NCBI GenBank assembly: GCA_963749495.1
Contig: CAVVMW010000001.1
Span: forward strand, 672,001-736,000
Direction: 5' to 3'
Length of the DNA stretch: 64,000 bases
Origin: an uncultured bacterium
Lineage (GTDB): Bacteria > Verrucomicrobiota > Verrucomicrobiia > Limisphaerales > UBA8199
A program made the position numbers and the translations under genes. Under the pieces are notes generated by a model, which was not told the DNA's origin, searched no databases, and saw only the letters and a program-made list of their open reading frames with translations. This document shows, one piece after another, positions 34,527-44,046 of this stretch. The first letter of the stretch is position 1, and the number at the start of each line of letters is the position of its first letter.

Positions 34527-35093
34527 TCACGCCCACTCCGGGTGCTCCATGAAGGCATAGCAGAGCAGGTGGCAGACACCCATCTGGGCGTCCTCCACGC
34601 GGCCATAATGGGTATCATTGATGACGATGACCTGGTCGGCGATTTCGGCCATGCGCCCGCGCCGCGCGCCCACCAGCGCAACGGTGCGCAGGCCGTTGTG
34701 CTTGGCCCAGTCCAGGGCCTTCACGCAATTAGGCGAGTTGCCGCTGACGCTCAGGCCCAGGGCGACGTCGCCGGGCCGCGCATAGTTGCGCAATTGGCCG
34801 GCGAACACCTCGTCGTAGGCATAGTCGTTGGCCAGGGCGGTCATCCAGCCCGCGTTATCGTTGAGCGAGATCACGCGGAACCGGCGGTCCAGTTTGTCCG
34901 AGGCCCCCTTGCCGAGGTCGGTGGCAAAATGCGAGGCGTTGGTCGCGCTGCCGCCGTTGCCGAAGACGAAGACCTGGCGGTCTTCCCGCAGGGCCCGGCG
35001 CAGCGTCTCGGCCAACTCCGCCACCGCGCCCGGCGGTATCGAATCCAAGGCCGCCTTCTGGGCATCAAGATAATCCCCTATCCATTGCTTCAT
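34527..35093 (-). CDS. SIS-domain protein (phosphoheptose isomerase GmhA-like)
   Basis: GNGGSATNASHF, TALANDY, LSVSGNSPN, VEDAQ. Confidence 0.9.
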   Translation of the reverse strand: MKQWIGDYLDAQKAALDSIPPGAVAELAETLRRALREDRQVFVFGNGGSATNASHFATDLGKGASDKLDRRFRVISLNDNAGWMTALANDYAYDEVFAGQLRNYARPGDVALGLSVSGNSPNCVKALDWAKHNGLRTVALVGARRGRMAEIADQVIVINDTHYGRVEDAQMGVCHLLCYAFMEHPEWA

Positions 35094-35188
35094 AAGTCAA
35101 GAGTATGCCCGGGAAAGGCCGGTTTGTCAGGTGAATTCTGTGCTCGCGCGTAATCGGTCAGTGGAGGGAGAAACGGAGTCCCCGGCGA

Positions 35189-35336
35189 ACCCCTCACCCC
35201 GGCCCTCTCCCCTTCGGAAGGGGAGAGGGAGAAACGTCGGCAGTCTCGGGGGATTCCAGGCGTCTCGGCTTGTTCGAGCCGCGACGGAGAATTCTCCCTC
35301 TCCCCATCCGATGGGGAGAGGGTCGGGGTGAGGGGT
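35189..35336. repeat. Palindromic element, family A (second copy, intergenic)
   Basis: acccctcaccccggccctctcccc...ggggagagggtcggggtgaggggt. Confidence 0.85.
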
Positions 35337-35428
35337 CGGCCCGCTGTCGCTGCCGCCGTCACTGAGGCCTCACGCTCGCGCAAACGACAAACGACGTTTG
35401 GCATCCAGCCAATCCGCGGATTTTTCAC

Positions 35429-35713
35429 CCGGGCCTAATCGTTATGTGCGACTGCGACCGCGCGCTCGGCCAGGACCAGCGCCCCGGTCGGCACGGCATC
35501 CTCGCCCAGGCCGGCCAGGGCCACGCGCGGGCCGGGGGCAAAGACCTCCATGATGAAGGCAGGGAGCGCGTCCTGGACCGCCGCCCGCAAGGGCTCGCCG
35601 AGCCCGGACAAACCGCCGCCCAGCACGATGATTTGAGGATGGAACAAATGGACCACGTGCGAAAGGGCGAAGGCCAGGTCCTGGGCGGTCTCGAGCAGGA
35701 TTCGCCGGGCGGC
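35429..35713 (-). repeat. 285-bp direct duplicate of the 3' end of the ROK gene
   Basis: Matches 37266-37550 with no difference seen by eye. Confidence 0.92.
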
Positions 35714-35728
35714 TGAGAAAGCCATTAT

Positions 35729-35854
35729 CACGTCTCAACATTTGACATTTGGCAATACATTTCGCGATGGACAGCGGGCGCTGGCCCCGGAGAATGGAGG
35801 CTCGATCACGGAAGGACGTCTGTGGCTGAGGGAAATGTCAAATGTTGAGATGTG
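35729..35854. mobile_element. MITE-like element with 22-bp terminal inverted repeats
   Basis: cacgtctcaacatttgacattt ... aaatgtcaaatgttgagatgtg (21/22 match). Confidence 0.6.
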
Positions 35855-35866
35855 CCCCCGATGTTC

Positions 35867-36898
35867 CTATGGTCTGTTCGCAGGGGCGGAGATCCCGATC
35901 TTCGGCGCAGAACCACCCGATGATAAAGCCCTGTCGAGCAGTGTTTTGACACCGGCACCCAATAAAAGCAGCAAGATTCCCCAAAAAGCGTAGGTTGCCA
36001 AGGAAAAGCGACCGAACTTCGTTGCCATGCTGGTTATTTCGGTTTCCTGTCGGGACGTGGTTGTCTTGAGGTTGCCTACTTCGCCTGGCAGCAGCCGAAT
36101 GCCAGTGATTATTTCATGGATCTGCTTGGTATTTTCTGTGGTGATAGACTCCAACTTGTTCGCCTGCGTAGCGAGTCCCTTCAGTTCGTGAGCAAGCAGC
36201 GCCACATCAGCACTCACCTTATCTACGTTCTTGGTAAGCGTCTTAATCGGCTCAAGGACATCATTGTACTGAGACTTCAGATTAAGGACATCCTGCGTCA
36301 GTCGCTGTATCTGTTTGACTTCTTCGCTGATTCTGGCCCAAGGAAGCACTTCCATGTTGGCCATTTTGTTAACAAAATCACTCGGAAAACTGCCAATCAG
36401 CAGAGCGGGATCAGGGGCGACTGGTTTTTGCTCTTTCTCCAGAAGAACAAACACGATGTTGCAGATCTTTGTCCGCGTTGGTATGACGACCCTTTTAGTG
36501 GATGCATTGTACAGCCCGAAAAGGAGATGCCCCTCATATCCTGGATCAATAACCGATCCCGTGAGCAAGATCAGTCCCTCGTACGAGAATTTGCGCTTCG
36601 AGCCGATTTGCGCCAACACATTGTTCGGAAGTTTTATCTTTTCCAGCGATATGATGCCCGCGTAGGAACCTGGGTCAATTACCAGGCTTTCACTGGTCAG
36701 GTCCATCTCTTTTCCTTGTCCGCCGATTATCGCCTTCTTGCCAACCCTTATATCATACGAGGTCGTTTGAAGGCTGCTGGCATCGAACGTGGAATCCACG
36801 ATCAGCCTTCCGGTCTGCACCATTTGCAGAATACTATCCTCTGCCAAAATGGCGGAATATTTCGGCGGCTCCGCAAAAAGTGTGGCTTCTTTCGGCAT
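35867..36898 (-). CDS. dCTP deaminase/dUTPase-fold protein with coiled coil and C-terminal TM helix
   Basis: SYDIRVG, LEKIKLP, VIDPGYEGHL, LYN, KICNIVF, then a heptad region and FWGILLLLLGAGV. AT-richer than flanks. Confidence 0.8.
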   Translation of the reverse strand: MPKEATLFAEPPKYSAILAEDSILQMVQTGRLIVDSTFDASSLQTTSYDIRVGKKAIIGGQGKEMDLTSESLVIDPGSYAGIISLEKIKLPNNVLAQIGSKRKFSYEGLILLTGSVIDPGYEGHLLFGLYNASTKRVVIPTRTKICNIVFVLLEKEQKPVAPDPALLIGSFPSDFVNKMANMEVLPWARISEEVKQIQRLTQDVLNLKSQYNDVLEPIKTLTKNVDKVSADVALLAHELKGLATQANKLESITTENTKQIHEIITGIRLLPGEVGNLKTTTSRQETEITSMATKFGRFSLATYAFWGILLLLLGAGVKTLLDRALSSGGSAPKIGISAPANRP

Positions 36899-37051
36899 CC
36901 GCTTTCACCATGCACAAAACCCGCGAACTTGGCAAGCCCTGAACTTGGCCGAGCATTTCGGACTCCCAAGCTCCGCTTTGGCACTCGGGGGGCCAGAAAG
37001 GGGCCCATGAGAATGTACTATTCTGATCAACGTGCTAATATGACAATCTCA

Positions 37052-37101
37052 TTAACCGACCCCGTTCCGACCTTAACCGACCCCGTTCCGACCCCGTTCC
37101 G
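37052..37101. repeat. Short tandem duplication (ttaaccgaccccgttccgacc x2 plus partial)
   Basis: Seen directly. Confidence 0.8.
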
Positions 37102-37196
37102 TGGCCGGTCCAGCCACTCGGGGCCATTTGTTCAAACGCTAGATACTCCAGCAGCCCCGCGGTTTTGAACATTTCTTCTTTGAATTTTGAATTTGT

Positions 37197-37250
37197 TTCG
37201 GGTTTCGTGCTTCGGATTTCGGATTTCAGGTTTCGGATTTCGGATTTTTC
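37197..37250. repeat. Heptamer microsatellite (tttcgga-like)
   Basis: Same unit at 52908-52970 and, inverted, at 41374-41404. Confidence 0.75.
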
Positions 37251-37271
37251 GAATGCCCCTGCAAACCGGGC

Positions 37272-38204
37272 CTAATCGTTATGTGCGACTGCGACCGCGC
37301 GCTCGGCCAGGACCAGCGCCCCGGTCGGCACGGCATCCTCGCCCAGGCCGGCCAGGGCCACGCGCGGGCCGGGGGCAAAGACCTCCATGATGAAGGCAGG
37401 GAGCGCGTCCTGGACCGCCGCCCGCAAGGGCTCGCCGAGCCCGGACAAACCGCCGCCCAGCACGATGATTTGAGGATGGAACAAATGGACCACGTGCGAA
37501 AGGGCGAAGGCCAGGTCCTGGGCGGTCTCGAGCAGGATTCGCCGGGCGGCCGGGTCGGCCTGCGCCAGCGCGGCGCCCAGGTGCCGGGCCTCGCCGCCCT
37601 GGGTGGTCCCCGCCAACCGCGCCAACAAGCCCTCCGGCGCCTGCGCATTCATCCGGCGGATGCGCGCATCCACAGCCCACCCGGAGCAGCGCGCCTCGAC
37701 AATCGTCCCCTGCCGGTCCAGGCGGACATGGCCGATCTCGGCCTCGCCGGGCGCCGCCCCGTGATAGATCCGCTCATCCACTACCAGGCCTCCGCCGACG
37801 CCGCTGCCCAGGGTCACATAGAAGACGGGGTTGAAACCGGCGCCGGTCCCGCGCCGGGCCTCGCCCAAAGCGCCGACGTTCGCGTCGTTGTCCACGGCCA
37901 CGGATACCCCGGAGAGCCCGCGCAGCCAGCCGGCCAGGTCGAACTCCGACCACCCCTCGACCTGGTGCGAGCGGCAGATCTTGCCCGTGCGCCAATCCAC
38001 CGGCCCGCCAAAACCGACGCCGATGGCCTGGACCTGGCGCCCGGACATCAACTCCGGCACGGTCCGCCGAATCTGTTCGCGGATGGCCTGCGCGCCGGAA
38101 GCGGAGCGGACGTCCAGCCTCCGCCGCTCGCGGATCGTGCCGGTCTGGTCGCCGAGAACGATCTGCAGCTTGGTGCCGCCGATTTCGATGCCGATGCGGG
38201 ACAT
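37272..38204 (-). CDS. ROK family sugar kinase
   Basis: IGIEIGGTK, GVGFGGP, DNDANVGALGE, TLGSGVGGG, EIGH. Confidence 0.93.
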   Translation of the reverse strand: MSRIGIEIGGTKLQIVLGDQTGTIRERRRLDVRSASGAQAIREQIRRTVPELMSGRQVQAIGVGFGGPVDWRTGKICRSHQVEGWSEFDLAGWLRGLSGVSVAVDNDANVGALGEARRGTGAGFNPVFYVTLGSGVGGGLVVDERIYHGAAPGEAEIGHVRLDRQGTIVEARCSGWAVDARIRRMNAQAPEGLLARLAGTTQGGEARHLGAALAQADPAARRILLETAQDLAFALSHVVHLFHPQIIVLGGGLSGLGEPLRAAVQDALPAFIMEVFAPGPRVALAGLGEDAVPTGALVLAERAVAVAHND

Positions 38205-38214
38205 GGAGGCAGGT

Positions 38215-38792
38215 TCAGCCGAAGTAGTCCGGTTCATTGCCCGGTTTCCACTTGATATTGCAGCCCATGCTGGGCCGCTGGCGGGGCGGGACCGGCTTGC
38301 CGCCGAGCACCGCCTCTAGGGCGGCGCGCACGTCGTTGCCGGTGACGGGGATGCCGTTGCCGGGCCGGCTTCGTCCATCTGGCCGCGATAGACCAGGCGC
38401 TGAGCGGCATCGAACAAAAAGAAATCCGGGGTGCAGGCGGCGTGATAGGCACGGGCCACCCGCTGGGTCTCATCGTAGAGATAGGGGAAAAGGTAGCCCG
38501 CCGCCTTGGCCTCCGCCGCCATCATGGCCGGGCTGTCGGCGGGGTAATTCTCCACGTCATTCGAGTTGATGCCGGCGATGCGCACCCCTCGGGACAGGTA
38601 ATCGCGCGCCAGTTGGGCCAGGCCGGCGCGGATGTGCTTCACGTAGGGGCAATGATTGCACATGAAGACTATCAGCAGCGCCGGGGCGCCCCGGAGTTGT
38701 GCGAGCGAAACCAGCTCGCCGTTCGTGTCGGGCAGGCGAAAGTCCGGCGCCGGCATGCCCAAGGGCAGCATCGTGGATTGTGTGGCGGCCAT
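38215..38792 (-). CDS. Thioredoxin family (AhpC/TSA-like) protein, frameshifted near the 3' end
   Basis: APDFRLP, FMCNHCPYV, AACTPDFF, YRGQMD, and in another frame PSMGCNIKWKPGNEPDYFG*. Confidence 0.88.
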
Positions 38793-38921
38793 ATCATGCG
38801 GAATTTCCAACGGCCCGGGGCGAATGTCGAATGTTTTTTGGGGAGGGACAAGGGGCGAAGGCGCATCTGAGATGTACCACCCCACGGGTAGGAATTCCTG
38901 ACATGGCTCCGGCCCAACAGT

Positions 38922-39149
38922 TTCATCCCGGAGGGATGGAAGATGCTAGCCGGGGGTCGAGGCGAAGCGAGACCCCCGGTTCGGCGCAAGGGATGCGCCT
39001 GCATCCCGGAGGGATGCCAGAAGGGCGCCTGCTCCTTGTGTGCAGCCTTCTGGCACCCCGTTGCGGGGTCCAGGACCCTTCAGACCGCTAACCGGGGGTC
39101 GCGACGGCGTCGCGACCCCCGGCTACCCTCTGGCAACCGTCCGGGTTGC
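38922..39149. repeat. Nested palindromic element, family D
   Basis: catcccggagggatg and agccgggggtcg...gacccccgg hairpins. Inverted copy at 61508-61735. Confidence 0.85.
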
Positions 39150-39270
39150 AGCGCACGCGCGCAGCCTTGGGGTGTGTCCGCAGCTCCTGTGCCCGTCGTG
39201 GTTCAGGCAAGATGTGCCCCAAGTCTGAAAACCCCCGAAATCCCTCGCAAATCGTGCTATGCTTACTTGA

Positions 39271-39714
39271 ATGGAACGGAAAACGCCAAGACAGTCCAAG
39301 GCAGGGTCTCCGGGGGTGCGGCAGCGCCTGGAGGCGCTGCGCGCCTCGTTGCTGGTCCTGCACAAGGCGCTGGTCGAGTCCGAGCGAGTGGAATATGAGA
39401 AGGTCATAGGCAAGATCCATTCGCCGAACCACTTTCTGCAACTGCTCACCACCGACCCCTGGTTTGCCTGGCTCAGCCCGCTCTCGCAACTGATCGTCTC
39501 AATCGATGAGGCCCTGGACGAAAGAGAACCGCTGACCAGCGCGGCGGCGGAGGCCCTGATGACGCAGTCGGCCCGGCTGCTGTTGGCCTCGGAGAGCGGC
39601 ACGGGATTCGCCAGGCATTATCACGAGGCCCTGCAGCGCGACCCGGACGTGATTTTGGCCCACGCCGACGTGGCGAAGGCGCGTGGAGACGCAAGGCAAG
39701 CGAGTGACCGTTAG
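39271..39714 (+). CDS. Hypothetical helical protein
   Basis: LLVLHKALVESERVEYE...DPWFAWLSPLSQLIVSIDE...LQRDPDV, with coding-like composition. Confidence 0.75.
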   Translation: MERKTPRQSKAGSPGVRQRLEALRASLLVLHKALVESERVEYEKVIGKIHSPNHFLQLLTTDPWFAWLSPLSQLIVSIDEALDEREPLTSAAAEALMTQSARLLLASESGTGFARHYHEALQRDPDVILAHADVAKARGDARQASDR

Positions 39715-39746
39715 GGGGGCCTCAGTGGGCGCATCCGTATAGCGCC

Positions 39747-39860
39747 CCGGAGTGCGCCCGTCCTCGGGCGCAGCAGCGCCGAAACGGGCGGGGGCGCTCG
39801 AATGTTTCGCCGCTCACTCACCTGGGGACGCCGCTGCGCCCGAGGACGGGCGCACTCCGG
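39747..39860. repeat. Palindromic element, family E
   Basis: ccggagtgcgcccgtcctcgggcgcagc...gctgcgcccgaggacgggcgcactccgg. Second copy at 49613-49726. Confidence 0.9.
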
Positions 39861-39871
39861 CCGTGCCAGGG

Positions 39872-41307
39872 CTACTTCAACTTGCGTTCGAGGATCTGCC
39901 CGGCGAGGGCCGGGTTGGCCTTGCCCTTGCTGAGCTTCATGACCTGGCCCTTGAGGAAGTTGAGGGCTGCGGCCTTGCCGGCCTTGTAGTCGGCGGCGGG
40001 GCCGGGGTTGGCGGCCAGGGCTTGGTCGCAGAGGGCCTCGATGGCGGCGGCATCGCTCACCTGGGCCAGGGCCTTGTCGGCGACGATGCGGCCCGGGGCC
40101 TGGCCAGTGGCGAAGGTCTCGGCGAAGACGTCCTGGGCGATGGTGTTGCTGATTTTGCCGCTCTCGACCAGGTCAATCAGGCTCAGGGATGGCTGAGGGC
40201 GGGAATTTCAGTTGGTCGAGGCTCGAGCCGGACTCGGCCAGTTTGGCGCGGAGATTGTTGATGACCCAATTGGCCGCGGCCTTGGGGTTCCTGGCGCGCG
40301 GGGCGATGCGCTCGAAGTAATCGCCCAGGGCACGGTCCCAGACGAAGGTCTGGGCGTCGGAGGCGGGCAATTGGTAGTCGCGCATGAGGCGCCGCTTGCG
40401 CGCCAGGGGCAGCTCGACCACCCGCCGGCGGACCGCCTCGAGCCAGGCCTCCGAGGGCACGAACGGCATCAAGTCCGGCTCCGGGAAATAGCGGTAGTCG
40501 TGGGCGTATTCCTTGGTGCGCATCTCCTCGGTGACGCCTGCGGCATCGTCCCAGCGGCGAGTGGATTGGACGAGCTTGCCGCCTTGCTCGAGCACGGCGA
40601 CCTGGCGCGGGATCTCGGTACTGAAGGGCCTTGCGCGCGCCGCTGAAGCTGTTCATGTTCTTGATCTCGATCTTTGCGCCGAGTTCGGTCTGGCCCCGGG
40701 GCCGCACGCTCACGTTGACGTCGCAACGCACCATCCCCTTCTCCATGTCGCAATCGCTGATCCCGCCATAGACCAGGATGTCCTTGAGGGCGTTGAGATA
40801 GTCGCAGGCCATGTCTGCGCCGGTGATGTCCGGCTCCGAGACAATCTCCATGAGCGGCACGCCCGCGCGGTTGAAGTCCACGCCACTGTTGCGCTCGAAA
40901 TGGAAGTTCTTGCCCACGTCCTCCTCCAGGTGGGCGCGGGTGATGCGCACGCGCGCCACGCCGCCGCCAAACTCGAACTCGACGAAGCCGCCGACCGCCG
41001 AGGGCTTGTCGTACTGGGTGATCTGGTAGTTCTTGGGCATGTCGGGATAGAAGTAGTTCTTGCGATCGAACTTGGCGTAGCGCGACACCTGGCAATTGAG
41101 GAGGCACCCGGCCAGGGCGGTCAGGCGCAGGGCCTCCTCGTTGGCCACCGGCAGCACGCCGGGCAGGCCCAGGCACACCGGGCAGACGTTCGTATTGGGC
41201 TGCGCGCCAAACTCATTGGCGCACCCGCACCACATCTTGGAGCGGGTCTTCAACTGGACATGCGTCTCCAGCCCGATGACGGCTTCGTATTCCATCCGGA
41301 GATCCAT
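39872..41307 (-). CDS. gatB: Asp-tRNA(Asn)/Glu-tRNA(Gln) amidotransferase subunit B, two frameshifts
   Basis: IGLETHVQL, FDRKNYFYPD, HLEEDVGK, DFNRAGVPL, EIKNMNS, DYRYFPEPD, GQVMKLSKGKANP. Confidence 0.95.
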
Positions 41308-41708
41308 ACCACGGAAGCCCGCGGATTTGAATGGATTTTTGATGAGAAGCCCAGGAAAACCCGGCTGGATCTCAAATCCGAGATCCGAAACCCGAAATCC
41401 GAAACAAACTCAAAATTCAAAAAAGAAATGTCCCAAACTCATCTGACAGGGCGCGGGACGGAATTCTTCACTGCCGCCTCCAGGCGGCGGGGCGGGCGCT
41501 CGAAGAAATCGGTCTGTACGTCCCGCTGCCAGCCGGGATGTTTGGTAGTGTCCTAATTTGGACGCGCCCGGTCGGGCGGGGTCTTCCCGTCTGAGGCGCG
41601 GCGCGGTCTGCCGTTCCCGTGGTTTGGCGGGCCGGGCGAGCTTTTCCTAGCCCGCGCCTTTCGAGGCGGCCCCGTCGATAATGGCGGGACAGCGGGGCGG
41701 AACAGTCA

Positions 41709-42317
41709 TTATGGAGCCGGGTCAGCGGTCGCGTTCATGGGCAATCCCACGGAGTTTGTTGATTGCAATATTCTCAGTCCAGGTCTTGACGCTGGCGGTG
41801 ATAACTTTGCATTTGAGGATGTCGCAGGACTACCGGCATCGTTTGTCCGAGTTGTCGCAGCGGGTGGTGGCGCTGGAAAACGCAGGATAGGCTCCCTTGG
41901 GTAAAACCAAGCAAGCGTGGCAATTACGAAAATCCCAAGGGAAACAACCAGTGTTGCCAGCCCGATCCAAAACGCTGGGGTTAGTGTCCAGTGTGGGTTT
42001 CGGTGCATACGGGTTATTGAGTCCCTGATTTCGGCCTGAGCGGCAACCGCCGCTTCGTGCATCTGCTTCGCCTCACGCCGGGTCGCCTCGGCCTGCTTGC
42101 AAAGCTCGCGTCGTTGAATCTCGTCCCGTAAGGCTTGTATGGCGAAGTTCGTTTCGATTTCGTTCGGCCAATCCTTGTGACGCCCCGCGCAGAATGCGAG
42201 TAAACGCCGGAGCATTTCATCATTCTCGCCGGCTAGTTTCTGCTCTCTGGCCATAGTCTGAATCTCAGCGATAGTGATAGATCGCCCCGCAGGTCGGCTT
42301 TCTTGGCCTGGAATCAT
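41709..42317 (-). CDS. Cargo: hypothetical protein with coiled coil and single TM helix
   Basis: 202 aa with FWIGLATLVVSLGIFVIATLAWF and a low-complexity tail. Confidence 0.6.
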   Translation of the reverse strand: MIPGQESRPAGRSITIAEIQTMAREQKLAGENDEMLRRLLAFCAGRHKDWPNEIETNFAIQALRDEIQRRELCKQAEATRREAKQMHEAAVAAQAEIRDSITRMHRNPHWTLTPAFWIGLATLVVSLGIFVIATLAWFYPREPILRFPAPPPAATTRTNDAGSPATSSNAKLSPPASRPGLRILQSTNSVGLPMNATADPAP

Positions 42318-42574
42318 GATGCGGTGATAGGGCTTCTGATTTTGCGGGGCAAGCCAAATCCTGGAATCATCATATCCGGATTGCTTGATTCAAGCATCCG
42401 CCGGGGCCTGGCGTTCGTTGGTCAAACGTCTTGACACTTGGCGCAAAAGCATTCCATTGCTTACCTGTACTGAGCGGCAAGCTTGGCGTACAGATTCGCA
42501 GGAAATGCTTCCTGTTGAAAGATTTTTGCAGATTTCTGTTGACATCTGGACCAAGCTTGGCCTAGCTTGGGAGT

Positions 42575-42937
42575 ATGATCGAAATAAGCGACCAAGAAGC
42601 ACTGGAATTTGCGACCTGGCTCCGGGAGCGGGGAAATCAATATCTGCAACGCGCAGAGCGCCTCGAACGCGGGCAGAGCAAGGCCGCAGTTAATGGAACG
42701 TACATTCACCAGCGGACGCTTCCACCATCAGAACCTCCGAGAATTGGCACCGTGACGCAGGAGCAGTTTGAGCAAAGCGTGACGCAAAAAAGTGGGCGCA
42801 TTTACGACCTTGCGCGTCGGCTTAATGTGGAGGAGTCCGTTATACGTGACTTTTTGGGTCAAGCCAATGCCAAGGTCGCGATTGGGGGGCGTGGCTGGAT
42901 CAAACCTAAAAACCAAATCGAGAAAGAGAAAGGGTAA
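42575..42937 (+). CDS. Cargo: hypothetical protein with possible C-terminal HTH
   Basis: 120 aa with RIYDLARRLNVEESVIRDFL. Preceded by TTGACA-18 nt-TAGCTT. Confidence 0.65.
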   Translation: MIEISDQEALEFATWLRERGNQYLQRAERLERGQSKAAVNGTYIHQRTLPPSEPPRIGTVTQEQFEQSVTQKSGRIYDLARRLNVEESVIRDFLGQANAKVAIGGRGWIKPKNQIEKEKG

Positions 42938-43089
42938 TAAATAATTTGCCCCGGTCGTGTGTAAGCACGCCGGGGCGCAAAGACCTAGCTGACCGAAGCC
43001 GAGTTCTCCAACCGCGTGTCCAAAACGCGGAATGAATGCTGCGGGCCGGGTCCAAACCGACCGAGCAGGCAGTTAGGCACTAGTTTGGT

Positions 43090-43163
43090 GGGCGCGTAGT
43101 TTAACCGGACAAAACACCGGCGTTTACACCCGAGAGATGCGGGTCCGATCCCCGTCGCGTCCA
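43090..43163 (+). tRNA. Degenerate tRNA-Val(TAC)-like RNA
   Basis: Acceptor GGGCGCG/CGCGTCC, U8 and A14, D-stem GTTT/AAAC with GG in the loop, loop TTTACAC, T-arm GCGGG-TCCGATC-CCCGT. Anticodon stem mispaired; no encoded CCA. Confidence 0.7.
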
Positions 43164-43167
43164 TCAT

Positions 43168-43356
43168 TCACGTAATACAAATATCATGTTCTAAAACATA
43201 CTGCAAGCATTTTCTAACGTACTCGGAACGGCGGAGGCCAGACTTGGCGATTGCCGCGTCAATGGCCTTGCGTTCATCCTGGGTTAATCTGATTGATACG
43301 CCGGGCGTCCTGGCCCGTTCCTGGGGTGTCTTTGGTCTGCCGACTTTGCCTGCCAT
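43168..43356 (-). CDS. Ribbon-helix-helix (CopG/MobC-like) DNA-binding protein
   Basis: GRPK...VSIRLTQDERKAIDAAIAKSGLRRSEYVR. Divergent from the transposase. Confidence 0.75.
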   Translation of the reverse strand: MAGKVGRPKTPQERARTPGVSIRLTQDERKAIDAAIAKSGLRRSEYVRKCLQYVLEHDICIT

Positions 43357-43361
43357 AAAAT

Positions 43362-43427
43362 AATTGATGTATTACAAAAATAATTGTTGACTCCAGTGTA
43401 TTGTTGTATTACAACAATGTCAACAAT
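43362..43427. promoter_or_regulatory. AT-rich divergent promoter/operator between RHH and transposase
   Basis: attgttgac...gtcaacaat inverted repeat, near-palindromic tgttgtattacaaca, gtattacaa twice, and TTGACT-17 nt-TACAAC. Confidence 0.6.
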
Positions 43428-44046
43428 GAGCAAGAAAAACAAACGCGCCACCCCAGAGGAGCGGAACACCGGCGCTGGCGACGTGTGGACGTTCATTGCC
43501 CTGGACCGTGAAACCAAGCTGGTGCCCTCGTTCGTTGTCGGCAAGCGGGAAGCCTATTACGCCAACATGTTCCTTGAGGATCTGGCGAGCCGTCTAACCA
43601 TGAGGCCGCAAATCTCGTCCGACGCCCTCGCGGCCTATGAGGAGGCCGTCGAGCGCGGGTTTGGCTCCGAAGTGGACTACGCCCAGATCGTAAAGTCGTT
43701 CACCGTCGTCAACCTCAATCAGGATGCAGCGGGTAGGTATTCCCCCGCTGAAATGTGCGCCGTGTCCAAAAGCCTCAAAGTCGGCAACCCGCAGATCGAC
43801 CGGATTTGCACGTCGCATGTCGAGAAACAGAACCACACGGTCAGGATGAACGTCCGGCGCCTTACCCGGCTGACAAACGCTTTCTCCAAGAAACTGGAGA
43901 ATTTCAAGGCCGCAATCGCCCTTCACTTCGCCTACTACAACCTGTGCAAGATTCACCTTGCCCTGCGGACAACTCCGGCACAGGCTGCGGGCGTGGAGCA
44001 GAGCATTTGGACCGTTGGCGACTTGATTGAAGCCTGTGGCGAATAA
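43417..44046 (+). pseudogene. IS1-family DDE transposase lacking its N-terminal part
   Basis: DVWTFIALDRETKLV, QISSDAL, VDYAQIVK, TSHVEKQN...RRLTRLTNAFSKK, YYN...TPAQAAG. No HTH or first-Asp (DE-x-W) segment. Confidence 0.8.

Noticed and set aside
35090..35428. Short ORFs over palindromic repeats (also 9052-9336, 25508-25746, 38943-39398, 50478-50870)
   Set aside because: They are translations of repeat elements with no independent coding evidence.
43090..43163. tRNA as the attachment site of a prophage or integrative element
   Set aside because: No duplicated tRNA 3' end and no integrase. The boundaries are explained by the IS1-type TIRs and TSD.
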